A DNA stretch of 64,000 bases from Nitrosopumilus sp. (GCA_965203315.1 OZ241857.1:832001-896000); one strand, 5' to 3'. Counted from the stretch's first letter, positions 1 through 10,759 are shown. Notes: generated by a model not told the origin, from the letters alone. Program-made: numbers and translations.

Positions 1-294
1 ACCTGGTCCGCCACCGCCAGAATTCTTGTATACGATATCGTCAAAGTGAGTATTCTTGTATAGTGTAATTTGAGTATTGTTTACAACTAGATCCATATGA
101 TTTGTAGTTTGATCTATATAGATTACTTTGTGATACTGTTGATCTAGAATAAACTCAACACCGTTAGCATTTACATCTATTATCTCGAGTTGGTGTTCTG
201 TGTCATTGATCTTGATGGCATATCTTTTATCCCCAAGCCTTTTGAGTATTACACCGTCAAAAGACTCTTCGATCTCGCTTATCGTATACTTCAT
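1..294 (-). CDS. accB: Biotin carboxyl carrier protein of acetyl/propionyl-CoA carboxylase (5' part; runs off window)
   Basis: ATG at 294 overlaps the accC stop; reads MKYTISEIEESFDGVILKRLGDKRYAIKIN... open to position 1; third gene of the carboxylase operon. The biotinylation motif is outside the window. Confidence 0.8.
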   Translation of the reverse strand, partial: MKYTISEIEESFDGVILKRLGDKRYAIKINDTEHQLEIIDVNANGVEFILDQQYHKVIYIDQTTNHMDLVVNNTQITLYKNTHFDDIVYKNSGGGGPG

Positions 295-1769
295 GATCTC
301 TCCTTCCATTGTGACAGTGTAGAATCAATTATGCGACTCTTGAGATACTCGTTGTGAATGATCGCAGCTGCTATGGCAGCTTTACTATGTGTACGTTTAT
401 CTTCTTTGAGATCTGCAGCTAGTCTATCGATCATCGAGAAGCGTTTAAGAAAATCGGTCGAGAGTTGACCAGTCTTGTATTCATCAGACTTTAGAATAGT
501 CTTGTACAATGGAATAGATGTCTCTACACCTTGGATGTAAAAGTCATCTAGTGCTGCAAGCATTCTTGTTCTAGACTCTTCAAAGGTTTGACCCCATGTA
601 ACAAGTTTTGCCATCAACGAGTCATAAAAGGGAGATACTGTACATCCAGGATACAGATAGGTATCACATCTAACACCTGGACCAGCAGGTATAGTGACAG
701 CAGGTATAGTACCTGTAGATGGTGCAAAGTCCAAGAATGTGTCCTCTGCGTTTATCCTACATTCTATTGCATATCCATTCATCTTTAGATCACTCTGCTT
801 GAAAGGAAGGGGTTCGCCATTTGCGATATCTAGCTGTAGTTTAACTAGATCTAAACCAGAGACATACTCTGTTATCGGATGCTCAACTTGAAGCCGTGCA
901 TTGATCTCGATAAAGTAAAACTCACCCGTATCAGCTCGAAGAAACTCGGCAGTTCCCAGATTTGTATAATCTACAGCCTTTGCTGCATCACATACGATCT
1001 GACCTATACGCTCACGAGTCTCATCATCTACTACAGGAGAGGGAGTCTGCTCGATCAGTTTCTGATTGCGACGTTGAATCGAACACTCTCGTTCAAAGAG
1101 ATGAACTGCATTACCATGAGTATCACGAGCCATCTGATACTCAATATGTCTAGTCTTTTCGAGAAACTTTTCAACAAGAATTGCAGACTTGCCTACAGCT
1201 GCTATAGACTCGCCGGTTACAGACTCGTATCCTGTTCGAAGTTCTGAATCGTTGTTGGCCAATCTGATTCCACGTCCACCACCACCATATACCGACTTGA
1301 GCAGTACAGGATAACCTATATCGTTTGCAATCTTGATGGCCTCTTCAACGTCTTTTACAAGATCAGGACTGCCTGGTACGGTTGGAACGTTTGCTTTGAG
1401 CATTGCAGCCTTGCAACGCATCTTGTCACCGCACAGATTCATAGAGTCGGCAGATGGACCTATAAAGTTGATCTTGTTATTTTCACAGAGTCTTGCAAAG
1501 TCGTCATTCTCAGACAAGAATCCATAACCTGGATGAACTGCATCTGCACCAGAAGATAGTATGACGTCTAGAATCTTCTCTTGATTTAGATACGATTCTG
1601 CAGGTGCAGCTCTACCTATATGATATGCTTCTGTGGCTTTCTTTACGTGTAACGAGTTGTAATCTTCATCAGAGTATATAGCAACGGTATCTATTCCAAG
1701 CGCATGACATGTACGCATCACGCGTAGAGCGATCTCACCCCTATTTGCAACAAGAACTTTCTCAATCAT
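291..1769 (-). CDS. accC: Biotin carboxylase subunit of acetyl/propionyl-CoA carboxylase
   Basis: VLVANRGEIA, HPGYGFLSEN, GGGGRG, ERECSIQRRNQK and EINARLQVEHP motifs. Confidence 0.97.
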   Translation of the reverse strand: MIEKVLVANRGEIALRVMRTCHALGIDTVAIYSDEDYNSLHVKKATEAYHIGRAAPAESYLNQEKILDVILSSGADAVHPGYGFLSENDDFARLCENNKINFIGPSADSMNLCGDKMRCKAAMLKANVPTVPGSPDLVKDVEEAIKIANDIGYPVLLKSVYGGGGRGIRLANNDSELRTGYESVTGESIAAVGKSAILVEKFLEKTRHIEYQMARDTHGNAVHLFERECSIQRRNQKLIEQTPSPVVDDETRERIGQIVCDAAKAVDYTNLGTAEFLRADTGEFYFIEINARLQVEHPITEYVSGLDLVKLQLDIANGEPLPFKQSDLKMNGYAIECRINAEDTFLDFAPSTGTIPAVTIPAGPGVRCDTYLYPGCTVSPFYDSLMAKLVTWGQTFEESRTRMLAALDDFYIQGVETSIPLYKTILKSDEYKTGQLSTDFLKRFSMIDRLAADLKEDKRTHSKAAIAAAIIHNEYLKSRIIDSTLSQWKERS

Positions 1770-1775
1770 CACACA

Positions 1776-3323
1776 TCACAAGTTTATGTTCCCATGTTTC
1801 CTTTGAAGTTGATGTTCTCGTTTGTTTGAGACTAGTTCTAGTGCCTTGATCAACATTGGACGTGTCTGTGCAGGATCAATTATATCATCCACTGTACCGT
1901 GTGATGCAGCAACGTATGGATTTTCAAACTTTGATACAAACTCGTCGACAAGCTGTTTGCGTAGTTTGTCTGGATCACTCGCAGCTGCGATATCTTTACG
2001 GTTCATTATCTTTACAGCTGCTTCGCCACCCAATACGGCACACCTAGCAGTTGGCCATGCATAATTGATATCAGTTCGAAGATTCTTACTGCCCATTGCA
2101 ATGTATGCACCGCCATATGCCTTGCCAAGTACTAGTGTGATCTTTGGCACAGTAGCCTCGCAGTATGCATATAATAATTTACTACCATGTCGTATGATAC
2201 CATTGTGTTCTTGATTGGATCCAGGCATATATCCAGGAGTATCAACTAGCGTCACTATAGGTATGTTAAACGCATCACAGAAACGAATGAATCTAGCAGC
2301 TTTATTGGAAGAGTCGATATCAAGTGCGCCTGCAAGATGCATTGGTTGATTTGCTACAATTCCTACAACGTTACCGCCTAGTCGAGCATAGCCAACCACA
2401 ATGTTTGGCGCAAAGAGTTCATGTACCTCAAAGAATCTATGTTCATCAACTATACTGTTAATGATCTCTTTAACATCGTATGGATGACGAGGATCATCAG
2501 GAATTATATTTATCAGATTGTGATCAATTCGGTTGGGATCATCTGTGTTGATTATCTTTGGCGGATCTTGAGAGTTGTTTTGTGGCAAGAACGATAATAG
2601 TTGTTTGATATAATCCATACACTCGTACTCGTTTGTGGCAACAAAGTGAGCGACGCCACTCTTTGTACCATGAGTTATAGCACCACCTAAATCTTCAAAA
2701 GAGATCTCTTCACCAAGAACAGTCTTTACAACATCAGGACCTGTGACGAACATCGTTCCTGCTTTCTCGACCATTATTACAAAGTCAGTCATAGCAGGCG
2801 AGTAGACAGAGCCGCCTGCTGATGGACCAATACTTGCGGTAATCTGTGGTACAACACCAGATATGAGTTGGTTGTGATAAAAGATATCTGCAAATCCATC
2901 AAGACTCATTATTCCCTCTTGTATTCGTGCGCCTCCAGAGTCCATTATTCCAATTATAGGGGATCCAGTTCTTGCTGCATGATCCATGAGTTTTGTGATC
3001 TTTGTTGCACCCATCTTACTAAGTGTTCCACCAAGAACAGTAAAGTCGTACGCAAATACAAACACTTGACGTCCCGATATCTTGCCATATCCACCAACTA
3101 CACCATCTGTAAAGAACTTTTTCTTTTGCATATCATACTCGTGATAGTGATGAGTAACCATAGCATCGATCTCTGTAAAAGTGCCTTCGTCTAAAAGAAT
3201 CTCAATTCGTTCACGTGCTGTCAGTTTGCCTTTACTATGTTGTGCATCTATACGATCTTTGCCACCTCCCTGCAAGACTATGTTACTCTTTCTTGTAAAC
3301 TCGTCAATCTTTTCAGAGTGCAT
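1776..3323 (-). CDS. pccB: Carboxyltransferase subunit of acetyl/propionyl-CoA carboxylase
   Basis: GKLTARERI, DSGGARIQEG, DTPGYMPG, KAYGGAY and KHGNINL motifs; start taken at MHSEK. Confidence 0.96.
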   Translation of the reverse strand: MHSEKIDEFTRKSNIVLQGGGKDRIDAQHSKGKLTARERIEILLDEGTFTEIDAMVTHHYHEYDMQKKKFFTDGVVGGYGKISGRQVFVFAYDFTVLGGTLSKMGATKITKLMDHAARTGSPIIGIMDSGGARIQEGIMSLDGFADIFYHNQLISGVVPQITASIGPSAGGSVYSPAMTDFVIMVEKAGTMFVTGPDVVKTVLGEEISFEDLGGAITHGTKSGVAHFVATNEYECMDYIKQLLSFLPQNNSQDPPKIINTDDPNRIDHNLINIIPDDPRHPYDVKEIINSIVDEHRFFEVHELFAPNIVVGYARLGGNVVGIVANQPMHLAGALDIDSSNKAARFIRFCDAFNIPIVTLVDTPGYMPGSNQEHNGIIRHGSKLLYAYCEATVPKITLVLGKAYGGAYIAMGSKNLRTDINYAWPTARCAVLGGEAAVKIMNRKDIAAASDPDKLRKQLVDEFVSKFENPYVAASHGTVDDIIDPAQTRPMLIKALELVSNKREHQLQRKHGNINL

Positions 3324-3395
3324 TAACGATATATACAAAAAATATTTCCTATATTAGTTTACAGATAGAATAGCAATAGTTGAATCGATTCGATA

Positions 3396-3707
3396 TTAAA
3401 GTTTGAGAGCAGTAGATCTATTACCTACCGCTCTTTGATATGAGTGTAGTGGATCATCTGTATCGACACATTTACTACATACACATTTAGGCGATATATT
3501 TGGTATATCACAGATATCTGCAAACTCGCATATTTCACAACCGGCAGGTCCACCACAGATGGCACAAGGTATAGACTCTGATTCAGAGCATTCAAGATGT
3601 TTGACGCCTTGATTCTTTGCCCATAGTCCAAGATCACCTTTTTTGAGATCACCCTTACATATGACACATTTGCCAGGAAACTTCATCTGCATCTTTATCC
3701 AACTCAT
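3396..3707 (-). CDS. Small Cys-rich (zinc-binding) hypothetical protein
   Basis: Multiple CxxC motifs; 4-nt overlap with rfcL, so probably operonic. Confidence 0.75.
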   Translation of the reverse strand: MSWIKMQMKFPGKCVICKGDLKKGDLGLWAKNQGVKHLECSESESIPCAICGGPAGCEICEFADICDIPNISPKCVCSKCVDTDDPLHSYQRAVGNRSTALKL

Positions 3708-4849
3708 ATCTTTTCAACCTCTTTTGTGATGATCTCTATGTGGTCATCGAATGTGATCGCATTGTGTTTGATGCAATACAACATAAACGGCATGCATATT
3801 GTAACAAATGCGCTCGATGACATGTGTAGTTGTTTTGCAAAAGACTTGGACATCTCTCGTATCTTTGCACCATCCCATCGTATTTGATTCAATAGAGGAA
3901 ATGATAGATTGTATTTCGTGTATCGAATTGAACTGTTCCCATGTAGACGCAGTAGAGTGTCATTTAGATATCTCAAGAGCCTCCAATTCTGTGTCTTTGT
4001 TATCTTGCCAAGCAACATATCTGCATCAGACAAGACGTTCAAAAGGCTCGCAAGTCTTTGTGCGTCTATATTACTAGTTATCACACTAGAGTAGAATCCT
4101 TGGATCTTTTCACGTGGATCGACTTGCATCGCATATAGTATACCACGTGCCTCTTCAATGGTTTTGGCTTTAAAGAAAGAGTTGATTCCGTCCTCAACCG
4201 AGATACGTTCAAAGGACGTATCTGTCTGTGGGTTAAATCCAGTAACTAGTGACTGAGCCAAGTTTATCATAGAACGGATATCGCCACGAGCCTTGTTGAT
4301 TACTTTGATCAGTGAACCGGGGCTGAGTTGAGCTCCCTCACGTTTTAGAATATCTTGTAGATATATGCGTAAAAGTCTTGGAGCGATTCGTTTAAACTTG
4401 ATCGTCTTTACTGCTTTGAGGATCGGTTTCATCTTGTCAGATGTATCGTCGTTTGCAGCAAGAATTATTGGAATGGTTGGTTCTTTGAGAATCTCAACTA
4501 GGGCGGCAACACCACCATAATCATTACGACCATGAATTCCGTCCACTTCGTCGATAAAGATCATTGGTGAGCCTACAAGGGTCGTACTCTCTAAAATAGG
4601 AGATAGTATCTCTTGTATCTTGGCCTTGTTTCTTACATCACTCGCATTGAGTCCGATCATATCATATCCAAACTGATCTGCAATGATAAATGCCATGGTG
4701 GTCTTGCCGATGCCTGGTGGTCCTACAAGTAAGAGTGGTTTTGAGCCCTTCTTCCATTTTGCAAACCATTCTACAATCTCTGCACGTGACTCTTCGTTAC
4801 CGATCATAGAGTTTATCGTCTTTGGTCGATGCTTTTCAGACCACATCAA
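3704..4849 (-). CDS. rfcL: Replication factor C large subunit
   Basis: WSEKHRP, Walker A GPPGIGKTT, LNASD, Walker B IDEVD, GDIR sensor. Confidence 0.92.
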   Translation of the reverse strand: MMWSEKHRPKTINSMIGNEESRAEIVEWFAKWKKGSKPLLLVGPPGIGKTTMAFIIADQFGYDMIGLNASDVRNKAKIQEILSPILESTTLVGSPMIFIDEVDGIHGRNDYGGVAALVEILKEPTIPIILAANDDTSDKMKPILKAVKTIKFKRIAPRLLRIYLQDILKREGAQLSPGSLIKVINKARGDIRSMINLAQSLVTGFNPQTDTSFERISVEDGINSFFKAKTIEEARGILYAMQVDPREKIQGFYSSVITSNIDAQRLASLLNVLSDADMLLGKITKTQNWRLLRYLNDTLLRLHGNSSIRYTKYNLSFPLLNQIRWDGAKIREMSKSFAKQLHMSSSAFVTICMPFMLYCIKHNAITFDDHIEIITKEVEKI

Positions 4850-5973
4850 TTAGGATCATCTCGCGGGAGTCGGGATTCAAGATCTTTCAATATATCTGAT
4901 CGTCGTAGTCGTGTATGCCAGTACTGATTGTAGTGTTCTAGTGTCAAAAACAGAAACTCTAGAAAGTCGGTATGAGTATAATCGTCTGGGAGTAGTTCTA
5001 GAGCGAGTCTTGCATCATCTAGATACAGATTGCTCTTCTTTAGTGTAAGATCAAGTCCATCAGAGACGCTACCCGACAGTAGTGAGTAATATAATGGCCA
5101 TGACGGAATCTTTATGAATTGTCCCTTCAACGAGTCTTCGATCTCATTACCACATCCAGCACTCTCTGCTGCACGAGCCATGCCGAGATAAAATATCTCA
5201 CCGAGAGGACGTTCTGCTAGTGCCATATTACGACCAGCGGTTCCCATCACTGCGCGATACTTTTTGTAAGATATGTTCATCTCTTCTTCGGTTATTCTAG
5301 TTGGTTTAGACTTTAACTGTTCATCCATATATTGTCCAACACGCGCATCTTGAAATCCTCGTTCAAACTCTTTGAGAACTTTATCGCCACCACGCGCTAT
5401 CTTTGTGCGAGCAAGTTTGAGAATATATGGATTCATGAGTTTATAGTCGTCAAGAAACTCTAGATCTTCGTCCCTGTCAACTATACGATCCATGGGCTCA
5501 CTCAGATCTATTGCAATGATGTGCCCTTCGACGATATCTTGGCGCAGTGTAGAATCATCGCGATTTGTGAGTTTTGCTGCACTGTCATACAATGCATTGA
5601 ATACAGGAAATGTCATCTTGACAAAGTTAGAGTCAAGTATACGTAGTACACGATCATACAATGTATCATAGTCATCGAGTCTTGAACGTATCGGTTCGAT
5701 CTCAGAAGAGTTGAGGGTGATCTTGGTAGAGCCGACCTCATCTGCGAATTTTTGTTGAGTACTATTAGGGTTTGGATCAGAACGGATCTCATCATATAGT
5801 CCTTTGGCAAAACGCTGCACAAATGCAGAAAACTCGTTCTCCGTCTGAGTCTTGTACGTTTCAAACATCTTGAAACCCTTTGATTTAAAGAGTCCTTGTT
5901 TGAGAATACTCTTTCCTGGTTTTGTACTCATCAAGGCTTCTTTACTTGTAACAGATGGATCCTTACTGCTCAT
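4846..5973 (-). CDS. Conserved hypothetical protein, possible divergent isoprenoid-synthase (trans-prenyltransferase) fold
   Basis: Long ORF overlapping rfcL; start moved to MSSKD because the longer ORF begins inside a MITE; degenerate DxxxD and GQxxD motifs. Confidence 0.7.
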   Translation of the reverse strand: MSSKDPSVTSKEALMSTKPGKSILKQGLFKSKGFKMFETYKTQTENEFSAFVQRFAKGLYDEIRSDPNPNSTQQKFADEVGSTKITLNSSEIEPIRSRLDDYDTLYDRVLRILDSNFVKMTFPVFNALYDSAAKLTNRDDSTLRQDIVEGHIIAIDLSEPMDRIVDRDEDLEFLDDYKLMNPYILKLARTKIARGGDKVLKEFERGFQDARVGQYMDEQLKSKPTRITEEEMNISYKKYRAVMGTAGRNMALAERPLGEIFYLGMARAAESAGCGNEIEDSLKGQFIKIPSWPLYYSLLSGSVSDGLDLTLKKSNLYLDDARLALELLPDDYTHTDFLEFLFLTLEHYNQYWHTRLRRSDILKDLESRLPRDDPN

Positions 5974-6040
5974 AGATCTCAGATCTAGGTTGTTGATATT
6001 TATGCTTTCAAACCACATACAAGGTACTGGTCTCGCGCAT

Positions 6041-6154
6041 GGATCTTTTCGATTTACGTGAAATGGCATCTTGGAAGATTTTCCTAAAAGTGCTCCTAAA
6101 AGACCGGCATTCCTTCTTCCGCTAAAATCTTATCTCACAAGAATCGAAGAATCC
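6041..6154. mobile_element. MITE family A copy (divergent interior)
   Basis: Terminal inverted repeats GGATCTTTTCGATTTACGTG ... CACAAGAATCGAAGAATCC; 114 bp; non-coding. Confidence 0.75.
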
Positions 6155-6186
6155 TATATTTGGGATACACTAAAGGAATAGACATA

Positions 6187-6327
6187 AGACTGTATGCGTA
6201 TTTCTTACATCATACTCACGTTTTAAGGTACAATAAAACACAAGTGTGATTTCTAGAGGCGAATTGATTCATTGTTGTCATGTTTGATGATGGGACATGA
6301 GCGCTCTTAATAATATGCATACAGTCT
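6187..6327. mobile_element. MITE family C copy
   Basis: TIR AGACTGTATGC ... GCATACAGTCT, flanked by ATA/ATA; homologous along its length to 35285-35423. Confidence 0.8.
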
Positions 6328-6350
6328 ATAGTCTCCAGGGTTGAGTCTTT

Positions 6351-8114
6351 CTATGCCTCATCTTGAGGTGGTTGCTCAGGTGGGTCTGTCACAGGTGGAG
6401 TGAATTTGTACGAATCTGCATGTGTGCCTATCAGTCTAGCCTTATCATTTGTGCCATATAGTATAATATCATAGTCGCCGGCGGTTAGAGAGATCGTAAA
6501 TGTCGCGTTGTTGTCAGCGATGCTGGTACTGCCACGTGTTACAGTGTCGTCAGAGGCGGTTACAATCCAGTGGATCGTACTTGGTCGGAGTGCTTTGACT
6601 GTGTCGCTTCCAGAGGCAAAGTTCTTTTCCTCAAACGTGTATGAAAATTGTATGCCAGTTGAAGAATTTGTGGCAGATATGTTCAGGTCAAATATCTTTG
6701 CTATCTGTCTAGACTGCTCCTTTTTAATGACACCAAATTGGCACACTACATCATCACTCAACTGTACACTAGTACCTTGAGGAAGATGGACTGTACCGGG
6801 CGCATTACGAATTGTACCGGGCGCAAAGTTTGTACTGCTGTCAGCATCTGGCAGCTGTATGATCAAGCCGTTATCTAATTTTTTATAGAATATTGGAGCT
6901 GCATTATAGTATAGTGGAGAACCACTAGAGCTGGTACTGTATACTCGTTTGTTGTTTATGGTATTATCGGTTTCAAAAAAGAATGCGATCAAACGACTAG
7001 TATCACTGTCACCAAATAGATCGTTTGAGATGGTTGCGTTATAATATCTAGAACCGCCACGTTCTTCGATAAAGGTGGAAGGCAGAGAGATGGAAAAGAC
7101 ACCAGTATCCTTCTTTATAATCACAAAGACTTTACCATCGAACTCGGTTTGACCCGTTGAAAATTTCAAGACAACATCTTGATCGGGAGTCATCGATACT
7201 GTATAGGATATCTTGTGACGCTCTTGGCTGCACTTTGGCATTGAGAGGTATTGCGTCATAATATCTTTATTTTGTGCAGTAAGGGTCGTGCTGTTTATCA
7301 TGTTGGAGTAATCTTGATGAGTGTATGTAGATCCAAGTTGGCTAGATGTAGAACTTGTAGATTGTGTACCTGGATTGAGGTTTATGGGATTTGCCGGTGT
7401 GGTTACGGTGTCTGCTGCACCGTAAAAGCCAGTCAGTCGTTTTGTAATGATGACCATATCATCACCATGTTTGCCGTAACATACAGTATTGTTACCTTTG
7501 AGGACATTGTTTGTATCGATCAGGTCAGTTGTACATACGGGGATTGGTTGAGCATCTAGTATGTTGTCACGTGGGGAAAAGTAGAATGGTTTTTTGTCTG
7601 CCTTGTCATATATGGTAACTCGCATGTCCCTGGCGATTATCAACGGTTGGTTAGAGGCAGCTTCAGGATCTGGTGAGCAACTTCCACCGCCTGTAACTTG
7701 AAAGTCTAATCCGTATGCAGATAGTCTATTCTTTTTGTTAGGTTCTATATTGTTGGGTATGTCAAAACCTGGAACACGTTTTGCGTTGAGCCATTTAACA
7801 CGCTCAAAATTTGCATGGCATTGAGTGGTAGAAGAGCCCACAAGCGCAGGGTGCTCTAATGTCATAGCGTACGGTACAATATAGAGATCAGCTGTAGTTT
7901 TTTCTGAGACGTCAACTAGTCTAGAAGCGGCACTAGCATAGTGCATACGACCATATTCGTCTGGATAGAAATAAACTTGAGAAGACGATGTCTTGTTGGT
8001 TATAGGAGTGATGGTTAATAGATCACTAGTTGCAAATGCATCATCTAGCTCAACTATCAGAAACGGTATAACTGTTATTAAAACTAGAACAGGGATCAGA
8101 TGACGCTTGTTCAA
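6351..8114 (-). CDS. Secreted/surface protein, paralog of 15538-19323 (one copy of a Cys-containing repeat module)
   Basis: Signal peptide MNKRHLIPVLVLITVIPFLIVELDDAFA; module QPIPVCTTD...CYGKHGDDMVIITKRLTGFYG; beta-rich C-terminus. Confidence 0.85.
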   Translation of the reverse strand: MNKRHLIPVLVLITVIPFLIVELDDAFATSDLLTITPITNKTSSSQVYFYPDEYGRMHYASAASRLVDVSEKTTADLYIVPYAMTLEHPALVGSSTTQCHANFERVKWLNAKRVPGFDIPNNIEPNKKNRLSAYGLDFQVTGGGSCSPDPEAASNQPLIIARDMRVTIYDKADKKPFYFSPRDNILDAQPIPVCTTDLIDTNNVLKGNNTVCYGKHGDDMVIITKRLTGFYGAADTVTTPANPINLNPGTQSTSSTSSQLGSTYTHQDYSNMINSTTLTAQNKDIMTQYLSMPKCSQERHKISYTVSMTPDQDVVLKFSTGQTEFDGKVFVIIKKDTGVFSISLPSTFIEERGGSRYYNATISNDLFGDSDTSRLIAFFFETDNTINNKRVYSTSSSGSPLYYNAAPIFYKKLDNGLIIQLPDADSSTNFAPGTIRNAPGTVHLPQGTSVQLSDDVVCQFGVIKKEQSRQIAKIFDLNISATNSSTGIQFSYTFEEKNFASGSDTVKALRPSTIHWIVTASDDTVTRGSTSIADNNATFTISLTAGDYDIILYGTNDKARLIGTHADSYKFTPPVTDPPEQPPQDEA

Positions 8115-8198
8115 TAATTCCCCCCCAAGGCGTTTATAAAAGTATCGATCAGTGGTTCGTAAGCAATTAACCTGACAACGACCTTGTAGTGTTTTGAG
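8115..8198 (-). promoter_or_regulatory. Promoter cassette: TATA box TTTATAAA (8133-8140) and G7 tract before the TTG start
   Basis: Homologous to 19324-19414; C7 run at 8120-8126 on the + strand. Confidence 0.7.
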
Positions 8199-8300
8199 GC
8201 ATCATGTTAGTTAATCGTATGTTTTTGAGTGATATCTTGCATCGCTTGTTTTCATACAAGTACAGTGAACTTAAATTAAAACGATCAAATCAGAGTATCA

Positions 8301-9095
8301 ATGGATATGATAGATGTACTAAAGGAGGCTTCAAAACGGATTTATGAGGATGTCAAAGGACTTGCAGGGACACCAGCAGCGGCAGGAGACTTTGGGGTCG
8401 GTGCAGGGGGAGATATTTCTAGAAACATAGACATTACAGCAGAGGCTTCAGTGTTAGATTTTCTGCGTGAGATGAAATTTGACGGAATTGTTCTAGGTGA
8501 AGAATGTGGTCCTGTACAGTTCGTCATAGAACCAAAAGGCTGCATAATAATGGATGCGATAGATGGTTCGGCAAACGCCGTAAGAGGATTACCATTCTTT
8601 TGTAGTTCGCTAGCATATGCTACAGGTGATACGCTTGGTTCAATAACGGACGCCGTGGTTACTGATCTATCAAACGGAGACATGTATTGGGCTACAAGAA
8701 ACAGAGGCGCGTATCTAAATGGAGTCAAAATATCTACATACGAGTACAATCCAATATATCGCATAGTTGGAGTAAACACATCAGGAGCAACACCAGAGCT
8801 GATGCGACAAATGGACTCTATATTCATCAACAATCATACTAGACATCTTGGTGCGAATGCATTAGAGATGGCCACACTTGCAAAAGGATCGATGGACGTC
8901 TTTATAGATCTACGAGAAAAGATCAGAGTTCATGATATTGCAGCTGGTTATCTAATAATAAATGAGGCAGGCGGTATTATCTTAGATAAAGAACTCGATA
9001 CATTAGATGCAACGATCAGTTATGATACTCGAATATCATTTATTGCAGCTGCCAACCAAAAGATCCTAGACGAAGTAATGTCAGATATGAGATAA
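8301..9095 (+). CDS. Inositol monophosphatase / fructose-1,6-bisphosphatase family
   Basis: VLGEE, DAIDGSANAVRGLP and HDIAAG motifs. Confidence 0.92.
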   Translation: MDMIDVLKEASKRIYEDVKGLAGTPAAAGDFGVGAGGDISRNIDITAEASVLDFLREMKFDGIVLGEECGPVQFVIEPKGCIIMDAIDGSANAVRGLPFFCSSLAYATGDTLGSITDAVVTDLSNGDMYWATRNRGAYLNGVKISTYEYNPIYRIVGVNTSGATPELMRQMDSIFINNHTRHLGANALEMATLAKGSMDVFIDLREKIRVHDIAAGYLIINEAGGIILDKELDTLDATISYDTRISFIAAANQKILDEVMSDMR

Positions 9096-9826
9096 ATGAC
9101 AATGTAAATCGACACTATAGGGTATCGAAATAAAGTATTTCATATATTGAAATCAAAGTATATTGTACAAATTCCCAGAACAGAATTCTGTAAGAGTGGA
9201 ATTATAATATAATGGAACAAAGATTAGAGAACTCTCATTGCACAATAGAGAGATGTCTACAGGAGACCGTATTCATAATTCAATTTTGGCCAATATTGGT
9301 GTTTGAATATTTTTGCGTGATGTGACGTGATTTGAGCTATTCCATTTATGTTGGGTTTTAATATATATGCAGATCTATAAATTCACAACATATTGTAAAT
9401 TTACCTCTAGGATATCAAAAATTTTGTCAAAAATTTTCATCAATATTAAACTAAACAGGAAATATGCATAGTGGTAAGTGTGTATTTTGGTTTATGTCAA
9501 GATGATCGTGGCGAGTATCAAGAGAGAACCGAATTGTGAATAGGGTCTAGGGGATTATTACTATACATAAGAGATAGAATTAGTTCTAATGATGAAAAAC
9601 TAAAAACCAAGACATGCATTATACTGTAAAGGCAACAAGATCGGCCATTCAATCATATGTACAATGACACATACATCTAAGAGACTCCAGATCGGACCAT
9701 GATTTATTGAATATTTTGTTGTACATTTGTACCATATTGCAGAATTCGTGCATTCATATCAGACATCAGTAGATTAGACGAAACGATAGGAAATCATATT
9801 ATATCCAATGGTACTATAGATACATC

Positions 9827-10666
9827 ATGGTATCAGAGGTAAAGGCAAAGATAACCTACATGGAGTTGATTAAAGAAGATCTTGTAATAATACGCATAGT
9901 TCCAGAGAACGGTATGCCAGATTACAAGACAGGTCAGTTTTTGACGATTGGTGTTCCAATACCATCAGAGAAGAAGATAGTCAGGCGCGCATACTCGATT
10001 GCATCACATCCTGAGAATAAAGACTATTTTGAATTTGTTATACGATGGGTTAGAAAACCATTGCCAGGTAGAGTTACAACCGAGTTATTTTATGCAAACG
10101 TAGGTGACGAGGTATACATGGGAAGTCCTACCGGTGCTGCTCTACAGATCAGTGATGTACTACCAGATGGTAAAAAAGACAACCGTAGAATAGTCTGTGT
10201 TGGTGGAGGAACTGGACTGGCACCATTTATTGCATTTGCAAAACATCTGCACGACACTGGGGATAAACGCGAAGTTGTTGTATTACATGGTGCAAGTTAT
10301 GTTGACGAGTTGAGCTATAAACGCCTGTTGACCGATCTCGAGTTAGAAAGCGAAAAACAAGGGAGAGACAAATGGAACTTTAAATACCGAGCTGCAATAA
10401 GCAGACCAAAAGAGTTCTTCAACAGATCATGGTCTGGACATGTAGGCAGAGTAGAGTCATTCTTCAAACCAGGCAAGACAGGCATGTCACCTCTAGAAGA
10501 GATGGTAGGAGAAGAGATTACACCAAACAATACAATAATCTACATCTGTGGATATCAGGGAACTATTGATGGAGTCTTGGGTTATGTTGAGTCAAAAGGA
10601 TTTGTAACTGAACAAGAGAAGAAGCCAGATGGTAGTTTTGGAGTAAAGTACGAGTCATATGGATAG
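9827..10666 (+). CDS. Ferredoxin-NADP(+) reductase family protein (paralog 1)
   Basis: GQF, RRAYSIAS, GGTGLAPF, YICG and terminal ESYG. Confidence 0.92.
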   Translation: MVSEVKAKITYMELIKEDLVIIRIVPENGMPDYKTGQFLTIGVPIPSEKKIVRRAYSIASHPENKDYFEFVIRWVRKPLPGRVTTELFYANVGDEVYMGSPTGAALQISDVLPDGKKDNRRIVCVGGGTGLAPFIAFAKHLHDTGDKREVVVLHGASYVDELSYKRLLTDLELESEKQGRDKWNFKYRAAISRPKEFFNRSWSGHVGRVESFFKPGKTGMSPLEEMVGEEITPNNTIIYICGYQGTIDGVLGYVESKGFVTEQEKKPDGSFGVKYESYG

Positions 10667-10759
10667 AATTGGTGTTCAGACAAGTTTGATAGTCACTTGA
10701 AAGATATCATAAGATATTAGTCAAGAAATGGGCACCAACAGGACAACTTTGCTATATTC

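Noticed and set aside
5974-6069. N-terminal extension of the 407-aa ORF
   Set aside because: Its start codon lies inside a MITE; ATG 5973 is more plausible
9096-9826. Hidden gene or array in the 730-bp AT-rich gap
   Set aside because: Only short ORFs without motifs and one short direct repeat (TCAAAAATTTT twice); nothing supportable
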